NCBI GenBank assembly: GCA_022646745.1
Contig: CP060262.1
Coordinates: forward strand, 720,001 to 752,000
Origin: Planctomycetales bacterium
Lineage (GTDB): Bacteria; 4484-113; JAFGCY01
Reading direction: 5' to 3'
Length of the DNA: 32,000 nucleotides
Shown: one piece after another, positions 24,388-32,000 of the stretch
Layout of the letters: every line of letters starts with the position of its first letter
Numbering within the stretch: position 1 is the first letter of the stretch
Made by a program: the position numbers and the translations under genes
The notes under the pieces: model-generated
The model's database searches: none
What the model saw: only the letters and a program-made list of their open reading frames with translations
Told to the model about the DNA's origin: nothing

Positions 24388-25224
24388 ATGGTGCAGCATC
24401 GAAATGAATACCTGGCCTGGGCCACTGAAGCGGCGGCTTACATCGCCCGCAGCGCAGGCTGCGAGGGCTTTGACACGGTCGTGCAATGCGGCAGCGGGCT
24501 CAATGGCCTGATAGACGCGGTGCTGCCGGAGGGCGGCCGGATCCCGATGGAGGACATCCCGCATTTCCCTGCATCACGGGTGAAGGGGCATGGACGTGAG
24601 GTGATCCACGGGCAGGTAAGGGGCCGCAATGTGATGGTGCTGGCCGGCCGGATCCACCTCTACGAAGGGCATGATCCGCTCACCGCCGGCTTCCCCGCCG
24701 CCCTGGCACATGCCAGCGGGGCACGCCGATTCATCCTGACCAATGCCGCCGGCGGCCTGAACCAGCACTTCGTGCAGGGCAGCGTGATGATGATCACCGA
24801 CTTCATCAACTTCCAGGGGGATAACGCGCTGGCCCACATGCTGACCGACGAGGCCGCCCAGCGTTTCGTCGACCCGAAACCCGCCACCGACCTGCGCCAG
24901 GGCCAGCTGCTAGCCCGCCAGCTGCAGAAGGCCGGGCTGAAGGTCAACCAGGGCACATACATCGGCGTGCGCGGCCCGATCTATGAGACCCGCGCCGAAC
25001 TGGCAATGATGCGCTCCTGGGGCGCAGATGCGATCGGCATGAGCACGATCCCGGAACTGACGGTCTGCCATGCCTTCGGCCTGCCCGCGCTGGGCGTGAG
25101 CGTGATCACCAACGAATGCTTCAAGGATGCCCCGGTGACGCATGGCGAGGTGGTTGACGTTGGCAGCCAGGTCTCGCCGGCACTGGGCACCGCATTTCGT
25201 GCATTCATCGAGGACCTGCCATGA
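24388..25224 (+). CDS. Purine nucleoside phosphorylase, trimeric (inosine/guanosine/xanthosine) family
   Basis: VVQCGSGLNGL, HFPASRVKGHGREVIHG, LAGRIHLYEGH, ILTNAAGGLN, GPIYETRAELAMMRSWGADAIGMSTIPE and ITNE. The track ORF 23467-25224 was trimmed because its first 307 codons are the antisense of thiL. Confidence 0.88.
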   Translation: MVQHRNEYLAWATEAAAYIARSAGCEGFDTVVQCGSGLNGLIDAVLPEGGRIPMEDIPHFPASRVKGHGREVIHGQVRGRNVMVLAGRIHLYEGHDPLTAGFPAALAHASGARRFILTNAAGGLNQHFVQGSVMMITDFINFQGDNALAHMLTDEAAQRFVDPKPATDLRQGQLLARQLQKAGLKVNQGTYIGVRGPIYETRAELAMMRSWGADAIGMSTIPELTVCHAFGLPALGVSVITNECFKDAPVTHGEVVDVGSQVSPALGTAFRAFIEDLP

Positions 25225-26546
25225 AGCGCCACATCGTCCTGAGCCTGGCAATCCTGCTGGTGGCAATATTGCCAATCCAGTCCGCCAGGGCCGCCGACCG
25301 CGACCTGGAGTCGCTTGGCAACTGGTTCGGGGACCGCGTGGACTGGCGTGTCAGCCTCGGCCTGCCGGTTGACACTGAGTTCATCGCGCCGATCACCGCC
25401 GATTACAACTGGGCCTATGGCACGCCGCTGCTGGGCGTGAACGTGCGCGAGTACAACACCCGCAACTACTACGTTGCCATCGCCGGCTTCAGTGACGGCC
25501 GGCTGGACATCTACGACTCCGAGGGGCCGATGAACGCCACTGCCGAGCTGCGCAGCGGACGCTACCACGTAACGGCAGGGCTGCCCAACGGCCGCCTGCT
25601 GTGCTGGCTGACCGTGCCGGGCCAGTTCCCGATCCGGCTCGAGCTGTCCCGCAGCTACCTGCCCGGCAGCGGCTTTGACGTGGTGGTCGACCCTCCCGAG
25701 CCGGTCTCCGCCAACCTGGCTGACTGGACGATCCTCGCCAGCTACCAGACGAATGTGGCCGGCAACAACATCGCCACGGACGTGATGGATGGCAACGGCC
25801 GGCTGCTGTATGAGCTGCCCGGCCTCGAGATGGACGGCGTCGTCAGGCAGCTGGAGTACACCCGTGAACCGGTGGCCGGCGTGGACATGGCCTGGATGCT
25901 GATGAGCGTTGAATACGGCGAGCCACGCGCCGGCGACGTGCTGCGTTCAGCCGTCGGCACGGCCTGGTTCGTGCCCGGCCAGCAGTGGTACACCCAGGCT
26001 GTGCGCCCGACCGGCCGCAACAACTCGAGCATCTACCTTGACAACACCGCCGGCGGTGCGCTGGCGCTGATGGCCTGGGACTCCTCTGACAACTACCAGA
26101 CCCTGAGTTACATTGACCGGCTGCACATGCGGATGGGAAACACGCGGCAGGTGATCACCGACAAGGGGATTGCCAACCTGCTCAGCTACTACACCACGAC
26201 CCGCAACTGGTGCTTCCGGCGCACCGCCGCCAACCGATTCCCCTATGTGCTGTTCAGCGACGGCAGGGACCTGCTGTTCGGCTACAACGCCACCCGGCGC
26301 GGAGAGGAGGGTGACGAAGCAGGCTATCGCAGCTTCGCGCTGATGCAGGGCGAACGCGTCAGTGATGACTATGGCAATGAAGGTGCGCTCTACCCGGTGG
26401 ATGGCGTGACGATGAGCACGCACTGGAGCACAGGAGCCCCGCTGGTGTTCTACATCCGCAACGGCAGCGCGGACTACCCCGGCGGCCAGCTCTACCACCT
26501 GCAGTACACACGGCCCGCATCGGCGAGGACCGGAGCGGGCAAGTGA
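25221..26546 (+). CDS. Secreted hypothetical protein
   Basis: ATGA overlap with the PNP stop codon and GAGGA upstream. Signal peptide MKRHIVLSLAILLVAILPIQSARA-AD. Aromatic/Asn-rich, protein-like composition with no recognisable domain. Confidence 0.7.
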   Translation: MKRHIVLSLAILLVAILPIQSARAADRDLESLGNWFGDRVDWRVSLGLPVDTEFIAPITADYNWAYGTPLLGVNVREYNTRNYYVAIAGFSDGRLDIYDSEGPMNATAELRSGRYHVTAGLPNGRLLCWLTVPGQFPIRLELSRSYLPGSGFDVVVDPPEPVSANLADWTILASYQTNVAGNNIATDVMDGNGRLLYELPGLEMDGVVRQLEYTREPVAGVDMAWMLMSVEYGEPRAGDVLRSAVGTAWFVPGQQWYTQAVRPTGRNNSSIYLDNTAGGALALMAWDSSDNYQTLSYIDRLHMRMGNTRQVITDKGIANLLSYYTTTRNWCFRRTAANRFPYVLFSDGRDLLFGYNATRRGEEGDEAGYRSFALMQGERVSDDYGNEGALYPVDGVTMSTHWSTGAPLVFYIRNGSADYPGGQLYHLQYTRPASARTGAGK

Positions 26547-26613
26547 ACAATTCCGGCGCTAGAATGTCCTTCCGTATCGCGGCAATCACGCCGCGCCCGC
26601 CCCGGAGGAACAC

Positions 26614-27600
26614 TTGATCCGCGCTGCATTCCTGCTGCTGTTCGCCTCAGCCGGCATCCTGCTGGCCGGTCAAGCGCAGGCAGTGCCGAATGCGGCGCAG
26701 CTTGAGATCAATGTGCGCCTGCTCAACCTCAAGGTCAATGATTACGCAACCCGCCGCCAGATCCGTGTCAACGTGCTGGTGGCCCGTGAGAACGAACGTG
26801 AACTGCTTGGCGTGAAGGACAGCCGGATGTACGTCACCGCCCCCGACGGCCGGCGGGTGGAGATTGAGCCGGAGGACTGGAAGTTCACCCCCAAGCGCTT
26901 CAAGGTGGCGCATGCTACGCTCAGCTTCATCGCCGTGCAGGACACCTCCTCGCCGAGCTCCTGCAACGTGCCGAAGGATTTCCTCAGTGACAACGGGCCC
27001 TACCGCCTTGAGCTGGACGTACTCGGTGAGCAGGCACATGGCGATGTTGAGTTCGCCGACAGGCTGGGCGTGGTGATGATGCAGGATGAGAAGCAGGTGG
27101 ACAACTATGTGCTGCACAGCGGTACGGAGCTTGTGATCTTCACCGAGCCGCGCACCATCGGGCCGGTCTACTACAAGCGCCAGGACCTTACGAACTTCGC
27201 CTTCAGCATGGCCAGCATGGACCAGGCTATGCAGGGCGGGGATTTCCACTACATCCCGGAAACCCCCAGCTACCTGTTGCAGGTGCGCATCGGTCGCGCC
27301 GAGGGCGGCCGAACCATCCTGCTGGACCCTTCACGCTACATTAACGGCTACCAGCCGCACATGATCCGCAGTGATGAGACCACCACCCCGATCAGCTTCC
27401 AGTCGGACGAGTTCCGCACTGGTGACGTGGTGGTGCTGGACTTCGAGCGCAAGGACGTGCTGGACCCCGATACGGTGTTCTCAGGCAATGCGCGCGGGCT
27501 GACCTCCGGGGTGGTGCATGACGAGCGCCTGATCTATGCGCTGCACACAGATCTGGAGTCGGATGCGCCGATCAGCCTGGACAGCCTGGAGATCGATTAA
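26614..27600 (+). CDS. Secreted hypothetical protein
   Basis: TTG start 4 nt after GGAGGA. Signal peptide MIRAAFLLLFASAGILLAGQAQA-VP. No recognisable domain. Confidence 0.7.
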   Translation: MIRAAFLLLFASAGILLAGQAQAVPNAAQLEINVRLLNLKVNDYATRRQIRVNVLVARENERELLGVKDSRMYVTAPDGRRVEIEPEDWKFTPKRFKVAHATLSFIAVQDTSSPSSCNVPKDFLSDNGPYRLELDVLGEQAHGDVEFADRLGVVMMQDEKQVDNYVLHSGTELVIFTEPRTIGPVYYKRQDLTNFAFSMASMDQAMQGGDFHYIPETPSYLLQVRIGRAEGGRTILLDPSRYINGYQPHMIRSDETTTPISFQSDEFRTGDVVVLDFERKDVLDPDTVFSGNARGLTSGVVHDERLIYALHTDLESDAPISLDSLEID

Positions 27601-27657
27601 TTCCGGGTTGGACACAGTATATTTACATTGACTTTGGACTATGCAGGTGATAGCTTA

Positions 27658-28098
27658 ATGGTTCCCGGATTCGTGCTTGCGGTAGACCCCGGAACGTCCA
27701 AGATGGGCTGGGCCCTTGTGGACAGTTTGGGGAAAGCGCATGCCCAGGGGATCATCCGGATGGACGGATGGACCGGGGAACTGGGGCGTACCCTGGCCGG
27801 CCGCGAGATAGCGGTGGTGGTCATCGGGAACGGCACGAACCGATCGAACATGGAGGAGGAGCTTTCCCGTCTACTACCTGAGACGACACTTGCGGTGGTC
27901 GACGAAAAGGAAAGCACCGTTGAGGCGTGGCAGCTGAAACGGCGTGAGGAAGCCGGCGGAAACCCGTTCCGCCAGTTCACCTTCATGCTGGGCCAGATGT
28001 TCTCGCCTGTCCCGGTAGATGACTATGCCGCCCGGGTTCTGGCAGAGCGTTTTTTGAAAAAGAGGGACGCCGGCCGAATAGAAGACAGGCGGCAGTAG
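27658..28098 (+). CDS. YqgF/RuvX-like RNase H-fold nuclease (putative pre-16S rRNA nuclease / resolvase-like)
   Basis: VLAVDPGTSKMGWALVD (compare LGxDxGxxRxGxA), VVVIGNGTN and VVDEKESTVEA (compare DERLTT). AGGTGA lies 8 nt upstream of ATG 27658. Confidence 0.55.
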   Translation: MVPGFVLAVDPGTSKMGWALVDSLGKAHAQGIIRMDGWTGELGRTLAGREIAVVVIGNGTNRSNMEEELSRLLPETTLAVVDEKESTVEAWQLKRREEAGGNPFRQFTFMLGQMFSPVPVDDYAARVLAERFLKKRDAGRIEDRRQ

Positions 28099-28271
28099 GG
28101 GCTCCGGGGCGATGGGGCTGCGCAGGGCATGCAGATGCAATGCGTGATCGGAAGGCGGAATACGGAGAAGACAGGGGCTTAGGTTCCCAGACAAGGCAGC
28201 AGCCGCACTCTCCGCATCCCTCCCGGTCTGTCCCGCTCAATGAGGAGCAACGGAATAGGGAGATATTTGTA

Positions 28272-29978
28272 ATGAACCGATTGCTGTCGGGAGTTTTGGG
28301 AGTGCTGGCCATGCTGGTCATGGCACTGCCTGCGCAGGCTTCCACATTCACGGACGTACCCACGGACCACTGGGCATACGCGGCCATCGACTACCTGCAG
28401 CAGGCCGGCCTGGTGGAGGGCTTCCCCGACGGCACCTTCGGCGGCGACAGGCAGTTCACCCGTTACGAGATGGCAATGGTGATCGCACGCGTGTTCACCA
28501 AGATGCAGGACTTCCAGGCGATGATCGAGGCCAACGGCGGCTCCATGCAGCAGCAGGTCGGCAGTGACATCGACATGAGCGAGGTCTATGCCCGGCTGGA
28601 CAAGCTGGCAGACGAATTCCGTGATGAGCTGTCAGACCTCGGCGCGCGCATGGATGCGGTCGAGGATGAGCAGGCCCGCATGCGCGGCGACATTGACGAC
28701 CTGTCCGCCCTGATCAAGGACAGCGGCCTGTCCGGAGAGGCCCGCGTGCGTACCGGCGCTTACCTCAACACCGGCAGCCAGGACCTGACGAACGAACTCG
28801 GCTGGGAAAGCCTGATCAAGATCAACTACCTGTTCCAGCCTGAGCCGAACATCGACTTCAAGCTGACCCTGACCAGCGCTGAGGTGGATGGTGCAGTCGG
28901 CACCGGTTTCATCCCCGGCCAGAACAATGAGACACCCTTCACCTATGCCGGCAACCCGCCGCATGGTAATTCTAGCGAGGCTTCCAGCTTCGTGCTGGAC
29001 GAGGCCTACATCCGCTACTGCTTCACCGGCAGCGGCGGTGCGATCGGCTGGTGCCCGAGCATCACGCTGGGCCGCCAGTACTTCAGCCAGGGTGAATTCG
29101 GCCTGGCCGGTGACAACGGCTACCGCAGCAACATGGGCCTGCGCTTCGACTCCACCTGGGGCGAGAACTGGGATGCCTACGCCGGCCTGTACCGGATGGA
29201 GGCAATCAACGACATCGCTCCCTGGGACAACCAGGACAGCCTCAGCTTCCAGAGCAGTGCGCTGACCTATGAGGGTGACGACATGCTGCTGCTGGGCCTT
29301 GAGTACCACGGCGGCGAGGCCAAGATCCCCGGCCACGACTACCAGCTGGTGCTGCGCCTCGATGGCGCTGTCAACGGCTATGGCAATGAGAACTACATCA
29401 GCGTCAGTGGTAATGCCGAGATCCCCTTCTTCGGTGACACCTGGCTCAACGGCATCCGTGGTGAATGGCTGTATGTTCCCAACAATGTTTCGGACTTCAA
29501 TCCCTCGTCCGACCTCGGCCTGACGAACAACAGTTTCATAGTCGAGGTTGACGCCTTCAACGACGGCCAGACCAAGGTTGCCATCGCCGGCGCGCAGATC
29601 GCCCAGATCGAGGCCCTGCCTGTGCTGGCCAATGTTGACAACGACCCGTTCAGCGAATGGGACTTCACCGTCAACGGTGCGGCGGACGCCTTCAACCTGA
29701 GCCGCGAGGGCAAGAACTACCTGCCCAGCGACTTCAAGGGCCTCGGCATCCATGCCGAGCACACCTTTGGCAACAGCCTGCACACCGGCCTGTTCTACTA
29801 CAGTGGCAGCCGTGTGGACGCCGGCAACTCCGACCGTCCGGGCATGCTGGCCCTGCGCTTCCGCTACCCGTTCAGCAACAACTCCACGATGGGGCTGGAC
29901 ATCATCACGGCTGGCGAACGCAACGGCCTCGAGGACCCGATCAGCCTGGTGCGCGGCGAGTACAAGATCAACTTCTAG
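28272..29978 (+). CDS. SLH-domain outer-membrane protein: N-terminal S-layer-homology domain, coiled coil, C-terminal porin-like beta-barrel
   Basis: Signal peptide MNRLLSGVLGVLAMLVMALPAQA. SLH motif FTDVPTDHWAYAAIDYLQQAGLVEGFPDGTFGGDRQFTRYEMAMVIARV. A charged helical segment follows, then alternating aromatic/Gly strands ending in ...LVRGEYKINF (C-terminal Phe). GGGAGA lies upstream of ATG 28272. Confidence 0.8.
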   Translation: MNRLLSGVLGVLAMLVMALPAQASTFTDVPTDHWAYAAIDYLQQAGLVEGFPDGTFGGDRQFTRYEMAMVIARVFTKMQDFQAMIEANGGSMQQQVGSDIDMSEVYARLDKLADEFRDELSDLGARMDAVEDEQARMRGDIDDLSALIKDSGLSGEARVRTGAYLNTGSQDLTNELGWESLIKINYLFQPEPNIDFKLTLTSAEVDGAVGTGFIPGQNNETPFTYAGNPPHGNSSEASSFVLDEAYIRYCFTGSGGAIGWCPSITLGRQYFSQGEFGLAGDNGYRSNMGLRFDSTWGENWDAYAGLYRMEAINDIAPWDNQDSLSFQSSALTYEGDDMLLLGLEYHGGEAKIPGHDYQLVLRLDGAVNGYGNENYISVSGNAEIPFFGDTWLNGIRGEWLYVPNNVSDFNPSSDLGLTNNSFIVEVDAFNDGQTKVAIAGAQIAQIEALPVLANVDNDPFSEWDFTVNGAADAFNLSREGKNYLPSDFKGLGIHAEHTFGNSLHTGLFYYSGSRVDAGNSDRPGMLALRFRYPFSNNSTMGLDIITAGERNGLEDPISLVRGEYKINF

Positions 29979-30100
29979 GTCTACCCCGGTTCTCAGTCGA
30001 CAACGAAGCTGCGATGCAGATCCATTGTGCGCGCGGTTTAAGACAATTCGAGCCTGCTGCGAATATCAATATGAATCCTGGTTATCAATAAGGCGGCAAC

Positions 30101-30532
30101 ATGAAGGCGCTTAAGCAGTTCATATTCGGCGGATCAGTGGCGGTTCCCTTCGGTGGCGAGTTCGGCCTGTTCCTGGCGCGTCTGTTCATCGGACTCTCGA
30201 TGGCATTCGCACATGGCCTTGGCAAGATCCAGGACCCTTCAGGTGTGATCGGCGGAGCTGCCAAGATGGGCTTCCCGATGCCGGAATTCTTCGGCTGGGC
30301 GGCGGCAATCTCGGAATTCATCGGTGCCATCCTGCTTGCGCTGGGCCTTGCGACCCGACCAGCTGCCCTGATGCTGATTGCCACAATGTCCGTCGCGGCC
30401 TTTGTGCGGCATGCACCGGATGACTTCGCCACGAAGGAGAAAGCGCTGCTGTACCTCGCGGCCTTCGTGATCTACCTGTTCTTTGGTGGCGGGCGCTGGA
30501 GCCTGGACAGCCTGATAGTGAAACGCAAATGA
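30101..30532 (+). CDS. DoxX-family membrane protein
   Basis: About 143 aa with four hydrophobic segments. LFLARLFIGLSMAFAHGLGK and ISEFIGAILLALGLATRPAA are typical of DoxX. Confidence 0.75.
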   Translation: MKALKQFIFGGSVAVPFGGEFGLFLARLFIGLSMAFAHGLGKIQDPSGVIGGAAKMGFPMPEFFGWAAAISEFIGAILLALGLATRPAALMLIATMSVAAFVRHAPDDFATKEKALLYLAAFVIYLFFGGGRWSLDSLIVKRK

Positions 30533-30635
30533 GCCTGGTCTCAATCGTGCCTGAGACTGCGCCGCATGCGCTGCGCCCTGATGATCACTGGCCCAGCAGG
30601 CACCGGTAAAAATTTCGTCTCATTTCGTGAAACTG

Positions 30636-30664
30636 TTGCGACGAAACGCAAAACGAGTTATCAT
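30636..30664 (+). promoter_or_regulatory. Sigma70-type promoter TTGCGA-17 nt-TATCAT
   Basis: Good -35 and -10 hexamers with a 17-nt spacer in a non-coding spacer. Predicted start near 30671. Confidence 0.5.
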
Positions 30665-30670
30665 CCTAAT

Positions 30671-30759
30671 GTGATGGAGCGACCATCACACGAGCTTTTC
30701 CTCCCTGCGAGGGAGGGTAAAAGAAAGACCCCGATGAATCACGGGGTCTTTATTTTTTT
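30671..30759 (+). ncRNA. Candidate small RNA (~89 nt), unclassified
   Basis: The promoter above is followed by three hairpins. The first is GUGAUGG-agcga-CCAUCAC (30671-30689). The second is CCUCCC-ugcga-GGGAGG (30700-30716). The third is the terminator GACCCCG-augaauca-CGGGGUC plus UUUAUUUUUUU (30727-30759). No plausible ORF. Confidence 0.5.
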
Positions 30760-30761
30760 CT

Positions 30762-30834
30762 TGCCGTCTCGTGCGAGCACTCGACGGTCTTAGGATGCGC
30801 AGTGGCTCAGGACAGTTCGTCCTTCGTCCACTGC
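30762..30834 (+). other. Structured repeat motif, copy A1 (H1 30764-30787, H2 30799-30834)
   Basis: H1 is CCGTC-tc-GTGC-ga-GCAC-tc-GACGG. H2 is GCAGTGG...CCACTGC. Homologous to 11216-11288. It starts directly after a terminator T-tract. Confidence 0.5.
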
Positions 30835-30862
30835 AGACGTTTAGCAAGCCCGATGCCATTGC

Positions 30863-30899
30863 TGCCGTCTCACGCAAGCGCTCGGCGGTCTTGGGATGT
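30863..30899 (+). other. Structured repeat motif, partial copy A2 (H1 only, 30865-30888)
   Basis: CCGTC-tc-ACGC-aa-GCGC-tc-GGCGG followed by TCTTGGGATG, the same flank as A1 (TCTTAGGATG) and B (ACTCTGGTTG). Confidence 0.45.
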
Positions 30900-30995
30900 G
30901 GAGCCGCGTTGCGGAGGCATAGCCGTAGCTGCGCAGGCTCAATTGGCAAAGCCTGCGAAGCTGTGCTTCGCGGCTCCCCTGATCCCTTCTTCCCG

Positions 30996-31001
30996 TATAA
31001 T
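30996..31001 (+). promoter_or_regulatory. -10 box (TATAAT) placed for a leaderless transcript of the oxidoreductase gene
   Basis: TATAAT-caccgc-ATG. The A of the start codon is the 7th nt after the hexamer. No SD sequence. Confidence 0.4.
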
Positions 31002-31007
31002 CACCGC

Positions 31008-31958
31008 ATGCTTAAGACCGCAGTGATCGGTGCCGGCAGCATGGGCCGCCACCACGTCCGCAACTATGCCGAAATCCCCACCAGCCAGCTGATCGGGCTG
31101 GCCGACCCGGATGAGGCGCGCAGTGAACTGGCCGAGAAGCACGGCTGCGGCTTCTTCACGGACTACCGCGCGCTGCTGGACCAGAAGCCGGACCTGATCA
31201 CGATCGCGGCCCCGACCACGCTGCACTACCAGATTGCCAATGATGCACTCGACGCCGGTTGCCACCTGCTGATCGAGAAGCCCGTCAGTGACGACCTGGA
31301 AAAGGCGCGTGCGCTGATGGCCAAGGCAAGCGAGAAGAAGCTCAAGCTGGCCGTCGGCCACATCGAGCGTTTCAACCCGGCGGTGATGGAACTCAAGCGC
31401 ATCATCGAAAGCGGTGAGCTGGGTGAGGTGCTGAGCATCAACAACCTGCGTGTCGGCCCCTACCACGGCCGCATCCTCGACACCGGCATCATCCTCGACC
31501 TCGGCACGCATGACGTGGACCTGATCAGCTACCTGTTCAACGAGCGTTGCCATTCCGTGTTCGCCACTGCCACCAAGCGCAAGCACAACCATGAGGACCA
31601 CGCCGTGCTGCAGCTCGGTTTCGGGCAGGGGCATACCGGCATCATCCAGACCAGCTGGCTGGCACCCTACCGCGCGCGCAACGTGTTCGTCGTCGGCACT
31701 GAGCACTTCGCGCTGTGCGACCTGATGAACCAGCTGATCCTCGTCTACGATGACAACCCGGAGGGCAACAACCTGCTCGCCGGCCTGCGCCCGGTGCCCG
31801 ATGGCGAGCCGCTCAAGAATGAGCTGACGAGCGTGATTGCCAACGTGATGGAGGACACCGAACCGCTGTGCACCGCTGAGGACAGCATCTACGCGCTCAG
31901 TGTCTGCAAGGCGGCGCTGCAGAGCGTGGAAAGCGGCCGCAGCCAGGACGTGGTATAA
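31008..31958 (+). CDS. Gfo/Idh/MocA-family NAD(P)-dependent oxidoreductase
   Basis: MLKTAVIGAGSMGRHHVRNY (Rossmann GxGxxG), LLIEKP, and the C-terminal alpha/beta domain. The track ORF 30771-31958 was trimmed because its upstream 79 codons cover the structured repeats and are not protein-like. Confidence 0.85.
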   Translation: MLKTAVIGAGSMGRHHVRNYAEIPTSQLIGLADPDEARSELAEKHGCGFFTDYRALLDQKPDLITIAAPTTLHYQIANDALDAGCHLLIEKPVSDDLEKARALMAKASEKKLKLAVGHIERFNPAVMELKRIIESGELGEVLSINNLRVGPYHGRILDTGIILDLGTHDVDLISYLFNERCHSVFATATKRKHNHEDHAVLQLGFGQGHTGIIQTSWLAPYRARNVFVVGTEHFALCDLMNQLILVYDDNPEGNNLLAGLRPVPDGEPLKNELTSVIANVMEDTEPLCTAEDSIYALSVCKAALQSVESGRSQDVV

Positions 31959-31961
31959 GGC

Positions 31962-32000
31962 TCAGCCCTTTGGCCCGAACTTCTTCTCGTGGTAGCGCTG
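31962..32000 (-). CDS. 3' end (last 12 codons) of an unidentified convergent gene
   Basis: Minus strand reads ...QRYHEKKFGPKG-stop (TGA = 31962-31964), with the GC-rich third positions typical of coding sequence here. Too short to identify. Confidence 0.3.
   Translation of the reverse strand, partial: QRYHEKKFGPKG

Noticed and set aside
9960-31007. tRNA-Sec (selC) or any other tRNA/rRNA in the intergenic spacers
   Set aside because: I scanned the spacers by eye for a T-arm GGTTCGAnTCC box, a UCA anticodon loop context and an acceptor/CCA-type end, and found none. No rRNA-like sequence was seen either.

Overview
High-GC (by eye about 60-65% G+C) bacterial chromosomal segment, densely coding and mostly housekeeping.

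Gene order:
- <1-2592 (-): edge-truncated lipoprotein with dockerin-like repeats and a PQQ/BamB-like propeller. It is missing from the supplied ORF track.
- sodA (-), a nucleotidyltransferase (-), and a PQQ-dependent sugar dehydrogenase lipoprotein (+).
- A + strand cluster of four genes: TPR protein, secreted TPR-peroxiredoxin fusion, class I glutamine amidotransferase, stand-alone Bcp-like peroxiredoxin.
- A secreted hypothetical (-) and a secreted WD40 protein (+).
- A ~590 nt ORF-poor structured spacer.
- Two tandem Aquifex-type aconitase-family paralogs (+).
- A low-GC membrane-anchored hypothetical flanked by direct repeats (-).
- The aceE-aceF-lpdA pyruvate dehydrogenase operon (-) and thiL (-).
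- Purine nucleoside phosphorylase, two secreted hypotheticals, a YqgF/RuvX-like nuclease and an SLH-domain outer-membrane beta-barrel (+).
- DoxX (+), a ~475 nt non-coding spacer, and a Gfo/Idh/MocA oxidoreductase (+).

Main hunt result: both peroxiredoxin ORFs are interrupted by an in-frame TGA exactly at the peroxidatic-Cys position (T-G-G-[TGA]-T-A-E). Each TGA is followed at the same offset by a small hairpin with an AGUU loop, and the two hairpins differ by one compensatory base-pair change. I read these as two selenocysteine peroxiredoxins with SECIS elements. One of them is an unusual signal-peptide + TPR fusion. No Sec machinery (selA/B/C/D) is visible in this window.

Secondary results:
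- The second aconitase paralog has lost one of the three Fe-S ligand cysteines.
- A covarying structured RNA/DNA motif is repeated after terminators at about 11.2 kb and 30.8 kb.
- There is a promoter-to-terminator sRNA candidate at about 30.67 kb.
- A family of GGCGGCTGGAAGCCGCCGCTAC hairpins and GAGCAATGA-type palindromes sits between 13.8 and 18.8 kb, including one inside the PDH operon.
- Several start codons look leaderless.

Everything rests on my own reading and translation. No database search or folding program was run.
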